Below are positions 25,419-33,162 of a DNA stretch of 33,162 nt, piece after piece (position 1 is the stretch's first letter; each line of letters starts with the position of its first letter). Both the position numbers and the translations under genes were made by a program. The stretch is from Dehalococcoidia bacterium. Lineage in GTDB: Bacteria; Chloroflexota; Dehalococcoidia; DSTF01; RBG-16-68-14. The notes beneath the pieces were generated by a model. It made no database searches and was not told the DNA's origin. It saw only the letters and a list, made by a program, of their open reading frames with translations. The DNA lies in NCBI GenBank assembly GCA_040882355.1, contig JBBEBM010000030.1, positions 1 through 33,162 on the forward strand, read 5' to 3'.

Positions 25419-25832
25419 CTAAGATCGCTGCCGCTCGATCAACTGCAGCCGCACGCCGTGCGTCACAGCCGGGTCGAAGCGCGCAACGCGCGTGCCGGGC
25501 AGCAGCCCCGGCTCCGGGCCGGAGACGGCGACTCCCTTGGCGCGCAGCTCAGCGACGGCGGCGTCGAGTCCGTCGACCGCCAGCGACAGAGAGAGCATCC
25601 CCTCGGCGTGCTCGGCGACCGAGCGAGCGAGCTGGTGCCCGTCGCTCAGGGCGCGCACCAGCTCGAGGAACGCGCTCTCACCGCCGACCGGCAGGGCCGC
25701 CAGCTCGACGGGCGCCTGCTCGGGTCGCAGCGACGGCCCGGCCTGCAGCCCGAACGCGCGCGCCCAGGCCTTCGCCGCCGCATCGATCTCGTCGACAGCA
25801 AAGACGACGTGGTCCAGCCGTGCCACCTTCAC
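25419..25832 (-). CDS. VOC family protein, epimerase-like with degenerate metal site
   Basis: LDHVVFAV, FLELV, EGMLSLSLAV and HGVRLQLIE align with the epimerase at 26797. Confidence 0.8.
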   Translation of the reverse strand: MKVARLDHVVFAVDEIDAAAKAWARAFGLQAGPSLRPEQAPVELAALPVGGESAFLELVRALSDGHQLARSVAEHAEGMLSLSLAVDGLDAAVAELRAKGVAVSGPEPGLLPGTRVARFDPAVTHGVRLQLIERQRS

Positions 25833-26797
25833 GACCGGCCCCCGCGTTCAATGATCAGCGTGCGCACGTCGTGCGAGAAACCCGGCTTCAGGTCGGCGAC
25901 GATCGTCCCCGGCGCGTTGCCGGCGCGGGGATCGCTCACCGTGACGCCCCCGGCGCGCAGCCGCGCCACGGCGCGTTCGACGTTGCCGACGCGATACGAC
26001 ACACCCCAGAGCAGATCACGATCGCCACGCTGCGCCGGTTCCGCCTCGCCCGCCAGCTCGAGGATCGAGCCGTAGCCGCCGGACCCGTCGGCGAAGCGCA
26101 GGAAGCAGAGCGTGCGCCCCCCCGGCCGGTCGACCGAGAGGCGCAACTCGATGCCGAGCGCTTCGTGCCAGAGGGCGAGGCTCCCCGCCAGGTCCGACGA
26201 CGCGATTACCGTGTGGTCGACGCCCTCCACGGCCGCGCCGTCTTCGGTCAGCGGCGGCGCGACGGGCAGCGCCTCCGGCGGCGAGCGGTGCTCGATGAAG
26301 AAGGCGCGCACGCCGCGCGTCGATGCAGGCGCGATGCGCGCGTTGCGCCACTGCCTTCGCGCGGAGCCTGTCCCGAGCCCAGCCGAAGGCCTCAGCTCGT
26401 CGACGCCCTCGCCCTCCGCCGGGCCGTCCACGTCGAGGCCCCGCTCGCGGGTGCCGGCCACGGTCGCGTCGATGTCGTCCGTGCCGAGCGCGATCGCGTA
26501 CAGGCCCTCACCCGTTCGTTCGAGCCGCTCGTTGAGCGCCCGCCGCCAGGGCCCTTCGGCTGCGCTCAGGGCAGGCTCTGCCCCGCCGGCCGCCACGGGC
26601 GCGAGCAGCTCGATGTAGCAGTTGTTCAGCCTGAAGAGGACGTTGGCCGTGCCGTAGGTAGGATGCCTGCCGCGCCATGACGGCGCCCGACCGAGCAGCC
26701 GCTGGTAGCTCGTCGAGGCGGCGCCGAGGTCGCGGACGGCGATCACCAGGTGATCGAGCGTCAATGCCCGGACGGGCGCGCGTTCGCTTGCGCTCAC
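25829..26797 (-). CDS. Two-domain VOC family protein carrying two in-frame REP-like insertions
   Basis: LDHLVIAV...IELL...GEGL and VDHTVIA...LELA...HDVRTLIIE; inserts at 26364-26393 and 26551-26578. Confidence 0.82.
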   Translation of the reverse strand: MSASERAPVRALTLDHLVIAVRDLGAASTSYQRLLGRAPSWRGRHPTYGTANVLFRLNNCYIELLAPVAAGGAEPALSAAEGPWRRALNERLERTGEGLYAIALGTDDIDATVAGTRERGLDVDGPAEGEGVDELRPSAGLGTGSARRQWRNARIAPASTRGVRAFFIEHRSPPEALPVAPPLTEDGAAVEGVDHTVIASSDLAGSLALWHEALGIELRLSVDRPGGRTLCFLRFADGSGGYGSILELAGEAEPAQRGDRDLLWGVSYRVGNVERAVARLRAGGVTVSDPRAGNAPGTIVADLKPGFSHDVRTLIIERGGRS

Positions 26798-27222
26798 TAC
26801 GCCGCTCCCGGCCGGACGGCGGTCGGGCCGTGCACGAGCTCAACGAGCACGCCGTGAAGCGCGCTCGGATGAACGAAGGCGATCGTGCCGGTCAGGCCGG
26901 CGCGCGGCGTCTCGTCGATCAGCGGCATGTCTTTCGCCTTCAACCTTGCGAGCGCGGCATCGATGTCGGGCACCTCCAGACAGACGTGGTGCAGGCCTTC
27001 GCCCTTCCGCTCCAGGTAGCGGGCGATGCCGGTGTCCGGCACAACGGGCTCCAGCAGCTCGAGCAGGCTGTTGCCGAGGTCGAGCAGCGCCGCGCGCACG
27101 CCCTGGTCTTCGATCATCTCGTCTTTCACGACACGCAGGCCGAGCGCGTCGCGGTAGAAGGCGTAGGCGTCGTCGATGCTGCGCACGACGATGCCGGTGT
27201 GGTGGACGAGAGTCACCCCCAT
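26797..27222 (-). CDS. mce: Methylmalonyl-CoA epimerase
   Basis: HHTGI, DQGV, LELLEP, GEGLHHVC, FVHP...HGVLVELV; lies in the mutase operon. Confidence 0.9.
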   Translation of the reverse strand: MGVTLVHHTGIVVRSIDDAYAFYRDALGLRVVKDEMIEDQGVRAALLDLGNSLLELLEPVVPDTGIARYLERKGEGLHHVCLEVPDIDAALARLKAKDMPLIDETPRAGLTGTIAFVHPSALHGVLVELVHGPTAVRPGAA

Positions 27223-27249
27223 TCCGAACCCCTCCCCAGGGTCGCGGAT

Positions 27250-27274
27250 CCCTTCGCTGCGCTCGAGGGCAGGC
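27250..27274. repeat. REP-like unit family B
   Basis: cccttcgctgcgctcgagggcaggc. Confidence 0.7.
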
Positions 27275-27286
27275 GAGGGTCATGGG

Positions 27287-28129
27287 TCATCGGCGCGGCG
27301 ACCACTGGTACTGCTCCATCCGTCCGTACTCAACGAAGCCGAGCCGGCGGTAGACGCTCTCGCCCATCTCCGACGCGTAGAGCGTGCCGACGCGATAGCC
27401 GAGCGTTCGTGCTCTTTGAAGCGGCGCGAGCGTCATCGCGGCGCCAATCCCCTGCCGGCGCGCGTTTGTCATGGTGCCGACGTGCCAGACGCCAGCGACG
27501 CCTCCGCCGATGAAGAGCGTCGCGGACGCGACCGGCTCGCCGTCGAGCAGCCCGACGTAGTGGCGCGCGGGCGAGTCGCCCGCGAAGCCCATGCGCGCGT
27601 AGGCGTCGAGCAGCACCCGTCCGGGCGCTTCGGGCATCTCGAAGGCGCGGATGTAGGTGTCGCCCCACGTTCGCACTGCCGCGTCGCTATCGACGAGCAC
27701 GACCTCGAACGCGGGCGGCATGGCCACGTCGCCGAGGGCGTCCAGGTCGATCGCCATCGCCGGCATGGCGCTCACCTTAGAGAGGCCACGGCCCGCGAGT
27801 CGGGCGCCGAGGTCCGCCGGCCGAGTCGAAGGGCCGAGCGACCAGAGCATCGGCAGACGCCGTTCCTTGAAGGGCGCCAGCGCCCGCTCGATCTGCTCGT
27901 CGAGCGCGTCGTCGTCGAAGCGGGCGGCCAGCACCTGGTTCAGCCAGGGCGCGGCCGTGTTGCCCGTCGTGAACCAGAGCACGTCCGCGTCGTCGTGGAG
28001 CTCGGCGCCCGGCAGTTGAGCGCAGCACGCCCCCCAGAGCGCGACGACGTTGCCGTAAGCCGCATGGGTGAGCGCCGCGGGCGTCAGGCCGGCCATCGCC
28101 GCGAGGGGCGCCGACTGCGTTCGGGTCAC
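27287..28129 (-). CDS. GNAT family N-acetyltransferase
   Basis: VGTMTNARRQGIG and LYASEMG.SVYRRLGF motifs; start reassigned to GTG 28129 (GTGA overlap with the upstream stop). Confidence 0.88.
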   Translation of the reverse strand: MTRTQSAPLAAMAGLTPAALTHAAYGNVVALWGACCAQLPGAELHDDADVLWFTTGNTAAPWLNQVLAARFDDDALDEQIERALAPFKERRLPMLWSLGPSTRPADLGARLAGRGLSKVSAMPAMAIDLDALGDVAMPPAFEVVLVDSDAAVRTWGDTYIRAFEMPEAPGRVLLDAYARMGFAGDSPARHYVGLLDGEPVASATLFIGGGVAGVWHVGTMTNARRQGIGAAMTLAPLQRARTLGYRVGTLYASEMGESVYRRLGFVEYGRMEQYQWSPRR

Positions 28130-28602
28130 AGCCCTTCCTTCTGACGCCACGCGCGGACCTGGCCGGCGTGCTCCTTGTAGTGGCCGTGGCCGCTCGTCTC
28201 CAGCAGGCGGTTCACCGTCATCGGCGTGCCGTCGTCCTTCGTGCCGTAGCGGTCGTCGGCGACGGCGCGCGCGGCCTTGACGTAGTTGGCGTGCGTCTGC
28301 TGCCACGACGCGATCACCGTCGGCGAGGCGACGTGGCGCATCGAGAGCGAGAACTTCTCGTTCCAGGCGTCCGCGTCGTTGTAATCGACGCCTTCCGGCG
28401 TCGGCCGCTCGCCGCGGGCCATTCGCTCCAGCGCGGCGCCCATCTCCTTTTCCCAACCCGCGACATGGGCGACAATGTCCTTCGCCGTCCACGTCCCGAA
28501 CCAGACGCGCGACATCGCGGCCTCTTCCAGGCCGGCGATCGCCTCGCGCAGGCCCTGGTATTCGTCGTCCACCAGCTTCAGCGTCGCTTCCTTGTCCGAC
28601 AT
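28126..28602 (-). CDS. DinB-like (ClbS/DfsB-type) four-helix-bundle protein
   Basis: WTAKDIVAHVAGWE and HYKEH motifs; AAGGAG RBS. Confidence 0.8.
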   Translation of the reverse strand: MSDKEATLKLVDDEYQGLREAIAGLEEAAMSRVWFGTWTAKDIVAHVAGWEKEMGAALERMARGERPTPEGVDYNDADAWNEKFSLSMRHVASPTVIASWQQTHANYVKAARAVADDRYGTKDDGTPMTVNRLLETSGHGHYKEHAGQVRAWRQKEGL

Positions 28603-28622
28603 GTCCCCTCCTCCTTCGTTAG

Positions 28623-28674
28623 GTAGGGGCGCACGGCCCCTTCGACTCCGCTCAGGGCAGGCGTGCGCCCCTAC
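28623..28674. repeat. REP hairpin gtaggggcgcacg...cgtgcgcccctac with a family B unit in its loop
   Basis: Perfect 13-bp arms around cccttcgactccgctcagggcagg. Confidence 0.85.
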
Positions 28675-28701
28675 GAGATTGCCACATGTTCGTCGCGTCC
28701 G

Positions 28702-30366
<1,665 letters not shown>

Positions 30367-30376
30367 GCGTGCGAGC

Positions 30377-30406
30377 AGTGTATCGGGGCGCCGGAAAGGG
30401 TGTCAA
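30377..30406 (-). promoter_or_regulatory. sigma70 promoter of the mutase operon (very short leader)
   Basis: TTGACA-N18-TACACT, 10 nt before the ATG, no Shine-Dalgarno. Confidence 0.65.
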
Positions 30407-30484
30407 CGAAGTCCATACACGCACCCTTCATATCCCCACAGCGCCCGTTGTGCTATGCTCGCGGAAACGTAGCAAGGAGGCGAT

Positions 30485-31039
30485 ATGAGACGAGCGCTTA
30501 CTCCCATCACCCTAATTGGCACGGCGGCGGCGATGCTCTTGCTGGCGGCGAGCTGCATCTTTGGCAGCGACGGCGAGCCCCTGACCATCGATGAGTACTT
30601 CGAGCAACTGGACGGGGCGGACCAGGAGGTGAGCGACCGCTTCGATGAGGTCACGGGAAACCTCGGCAGCTCGCCTGACCTCGCTCTGGTGCAGGAAGAG
30701 TACCCGGGCGCGCTCGATGCCATCGACACGTTCTGGCAGTTCATCGAGGACCTCAAGCCGCCGACCGCGATTGAGGACGCGCATAACGACATGGTCGATG
30801 CCCTCGGGACGTATCGCGAGGAGTTCGCCACCGCGGTCGACGCGGTCCAGGACGCCTCATCGCTTGATCAGGCCATCGAGGCGCTCAGCAGTTCCGACTT
30901 GAGCACAGCCGGTGAGGGCTACAATACCGCGTGTCTGGCGGTTCAGGCGAAAGCCGACGACGCGCAGATCGACGTGACGCTGGGCTGCGCGGAAGAGGAG
31001 GAAGGCGGCTCCTCGGCAACGCCTACGGCGCAGCCATAG
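30485..31039 (+). CDS. Acidic helical lipoprotein, paralogue 1
   Basis: Lipobox-like LLAASC; AAGGAGG RBS; aligns with the next gene. Confidence 0.75.
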   Translation: MRRALTPITLIGTAAAMLLLAASCIFGSDGEPLTIDEYFEQLDGADQEVSDRFDEVTGNLGSSPDLALVQEEYPGALDAIDTFWQFIEDLKPPTAIEDAHNDMVDALGTYREEFATAVDAVQDASSLDQAIEALSSSDLSTAGEGYNTACLAVQAKADDAQIDVTLGCAEEEEGGSSATPTAQP

Positions 31040-31081
31040 CGGACCGCCACACTAACTGGCATTTCGGGTAGGAACAGCAAG

Positions 31082-31630
31082 GTGGTGCTCGTGAAGAGAA
31101 GGTCCATCGCAGCAACTCTCGCCACAGCGATGGGGCTCGCCGTCCTGGGCGGCGCGGCGGCGTGTGGCGGGGGAGGCGGCCTGTCGCTCGAGGAGTACTT
31201 CACCCAGATCGAGGAGCTCAGCGACGAACTCGAGACGCGCGGCACGGACGCGGAGCAGACCTTCAACGAGGAGCTGGTGGGCGCGCAATCGAATGACGAA
31301 GCGATCGACGCCATCGAGGCGTTCATCGGGGAAGCGATCGAGATATCCTCAAACTTCCGCGAGGGCATGGACGACCTCGACCCACCGTCTGAGACCGCCG
31401 AGTTGCACAACCAGGCGGTCGATGCGTTCGACGATACGATCGCCGAGTTCGAGGAGGCGCGGAGCGACCTGCAAGCGGCGGAGAGCGAGGACGAGCTGCT
31501 GGAGGTCGCGAACGACCTCGAAACCCGCTTCGATGATGTCACATCGGCATCGACAGAGGCGTGCAACGGCCTGCAGGAGATCGCCGGCGAGAACGAGATC
31601 GACGTCGACCTGCAGTGCGAGGACTCGTGA
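31082..31630 (+). CDS. Acidic helical lipoprotein, paralogue 2
   Basis: Lipobox-like AAAC-GGG; shares EYF.Q, L.PP, HN..VDA and AC...Q...IDV.L.C; start may be GTG 31091. Confidence 0.75.
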   Translation: MVLVKRRSIAATLATAMGLAVLGGAAACGGGGGLSLEEYFTQIEELSDELETRGTDAEQTFNEELVGAQSNDEAIDAIEAFIGEAIEISSNFREGMDDLDPPSETAELHNQAVDAFDDTIAEFEEARSDLQAAESEDELLEVANDLETRFDDVTSASTEACNGLQEIAGENEIDVDLQCEDS

Positions 31631-31636
31631 CCCGGC

Positions 31637-32338
31637 CTAGCGCTTAGACAGCCAGCGGCGCACCCGGTCCGGGTAGTCGCTGGTGATGGCGTCGACGCCG
31701 GCGTCCGCGGCGCGGCGCACGTCGGCGCGCGAGTTCACGGTCCAGGTCGAACAGCGCAGCTCGCGCAGGTGCGCGGCTCGCACGAGCTCCGGCGTCACGA
31801 CCGCATGGTGCACCGCGACGCCCTGCGCGCCCAGCGACAGCGCGAACCCGAAGAGCTGTCCCCAATCGACGACGTCCTGGCCGCCGGTGAGCAGCGAGCA
31901 GGGCATGCGCGGCTCCAGGATGCGGAAGCGCTGCACGACCGACGCGCGGAACGAATGCACGACGCAGAAATCGAGCGCCTTCGCGCGGCGGACGACGGCG
32001 AGCACCTCCTCCTCGATCCGGCTCGCCTTCACCTCGAGCACGAGCAGCGCCCGGCCGGCGACGGTGTCGAGCACCTCGCGCAGCGTCGGGATGCGCTCTC
32101 CGCCGCCCGCGTCAAGGCGACGGGCCTGGCGCAGGCTGAGCGACGCGATCTCGCCGGAGCCGTCCGTCGTGCGGTCGACGGTGGCGTCGTGGATGAGCAC
32201 GGGCACGCCGTCGCGCGTCAGGTGGAGGTCGATCTCGATGGCGTCGGCGCCGAGCTTGAGCGCCGCCCGCACCCCGGCGAGCGTGTTCTCCGGCGCGTGG
32301 CCCTTGCAAGCGGCGTGAGAGGTGATGATGGGTGGCAT
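31637..32338 (-). CDS. Glycerophosphodiester phosphodiesterase family protein
   Basis: APENTL, IEIDLHLTRDG, HDATVDRTTDG, IPTL, WTVN and ITSDYP motifs; HAA replaces the usual HRG. Confidence 0.9.
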   Translation of the reverse strand: MPPIITSHAACKGHAPENTLAGVRAALKLGADAIEIDLHLTRDGVPVLIHDATVDRTTDGSGEIASLSLRQARRLDAGGGERIPTLREVLDTVAGRALLVLEVKASRIEEEVLAVVRRAKALDFCVVHSFRASVVQRFRILEPRMPCSLLTGGQDVVDWGQLFGFALSLGAQGVAVHHAVVTPELVRAAHLRELRCSTWTVNSRADVRRAADAGVDAITSDYPDRVRRWLSKR

Positions 32339-32340
32339 GC

Positions 32341-32380
32341 TGTCACGCTGAGCCCTTCGTCGGCGCTCAGGATAAACTCC
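32341..32380. repeat. REP-like remnant tgtcacgctgagc plus family B-like unit
   Basis: tgtcacgctgag-cccttcgtcggcgctcaggataaactcc. Confidence 0.6.
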
Positions 32381-32384
32381 TCGA

Positions 32385-32424
32385 CCTTGCAGGCGGCATG
32401 GGTGGTGACTATCGGTAGGGGCAT
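32385..32424 (-). pseudogene. Relic 5' end of a GDPD allele (MPLPIVTTHAACK)
   Basis: Aligns with 32302-32338 (MPPIITSHAACK). Confidence 0.7.
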
Positions 32425-32435
32425 CGCATCCCTGT

Positions 32436-32510
32436 TGTCATGCTGAGCGTAGCGAAGCATCTTTCGGCGCCCACAGTACCGCAAGACCCTTCGCTGCGCT
32501 CAGGGTGACA
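32436..32510. repeat. REP-like long hairpin
   Basis: tgtcatgctgagcgtagcgaag ... cttcgctgcgctcagggtgaca inverted arms. Confidence 0.8.
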
Positions 32511-32520
32511 AGGGGAGGCG

Positions 32521-33096
32521 TCATCCTCCATAACTCCACCCCAGCGTGCGCTGGGTGAGCGGCTCGCCGTCGCGGAGCACTTCGCCTTCGAGCACCTCGG
32601 CGATGACGAGCGTGTGGTCGCCCGCCGCGACGAAGTCTTGCGCGCGGCACTCGAGCCACGCCAGCGCGTCGTCGAGCAGCGGGCACTGCGTCAGCTCGCC
32701 CGCGTTGTACGCGATGCCGGCGAGCTTGTCGTAGACGCGGGCGCTCTCCTCTTCGGAGCGGCCCTTCACCTTCGAGGCGTCGCGCGGCTGAGCGAAGCGC
32801 GCCGCCAGCTCTCGTCCGGCATCGACGGGGAGGACGTTGAGGCTGAAGACGCCCGTGTCGCGCACGTTGCGCAGCGTCGTCGCGTCGTTCTCGAATGAGA
32901 CCGCGAGCAGGCGCGGCTTGAACGAGACCTGCATCGCCCAGTCGGCCATCATGCCGTTCAGCTCGCCGCGCCCGTTGCGCGACCCGATGATGTAGAGGCC
33001 GTAGGGCATCGTCTCGAGCGCCTCGGAGACGGGCTCCAGGGGCGTCTTCCGCAGCGGCTCGTACTTCGCGCGCTCGACGGCGTCCTGGTTAGGCAT
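32521..33096 (-). CDS. Flavin reductase family protein
   Basis: PYGLYIIGS, QVSFKPRL, FSLNVL, ALAWLEC and GDHTLVIAEV motifs. Confidence 0.9.
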   Translation of the reverse strand: MPNQDAVERAKYEPLRKTPLEPVSEALETMPYGLYIIGSRNGRGELNGMMADWAMQVSFKPRLLAVSFENDATTLRNVRDTGVFSLNVLPVDAGRELAARFAQPRDASKVKGRSEEESARVYDKLAGIAYNAGELTQCPLLDDALAWLECRAQDFVAAGDHTLVIAEVLEGEVLRDGEPLTQRTLGWSYGG

Positions 33097-33116
33097 GACC
33101 TTCCCACTATCGCACC

Positions 33117-33156
33117 GTAGGGGCGGCTCGCGAGCCGCCCCGACGAGGCTCCCTAC
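33117..33156. repeat. REP-like hairpin (gtagggg-type)
   Basis: gtaggggcggctcgcgagccgcccc...ccctac. Confidence 0.6.
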
Positions 33157-33162
33157 AGTATA

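Noticed and set aside
30367..30484. Cobalamin riboswitch upstream of the mutase
   Set aside because: The region is short, holds promoter elements for both directions and shows no B12-box that I can recognise.

Overview
High-GC bacterial chromosomal segment, probably from a Chloroflexota/Dehalococcoidia-like metagenome assembly. This taxonomy is inferred from gene content. There are two 10-N gaps with poly-G/C artefacts. About 33 CDS are present, mostly on the minus strand. Modules: (i) an ApbE / DUF5666 / Pro-rich tether / ferric-reductase-like operon, whose small tether protein ends exactly in a flavinylation motif (TGAS-stop); (ii) an operon of two ferritin-like proteins (one with a complete diiron motif set, one degenerate) and a 2x[4Fe-4S] ferredoxin, followed by an F420-type nitroreductase and a luciferase-like monooxygenase; (iii) a lower-GC, defence-like gene inserted into that operon between 93-bp copies of a gene 3' end, with a new promoter and a chimeric mini-ORF on the downstream side; (iv) a pseudo-PP2C/NHL membrane protein coupled to tsaD; (v) an XRE regulator next to a DUF2851 gene; (vi) a methylmalonyl-CoA mutase cluster (mutase, DinB-like, GNAT, epimerase, two VOC paralogues, B12-binding subunit, MeaB). 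Intergenic DNA is dense in small repeats: about 7 copies of a MITE-like element, plus short REP-like units that nest in each other and sit in frame inside a protein. At three loci a diverged relic of a neighbouring gene's end persists next to the intact gene. No rRNA, tRNA, CRISPR array, transposase or integrase was recognised. All assignments come from reading motifs by eye; no searches were run.
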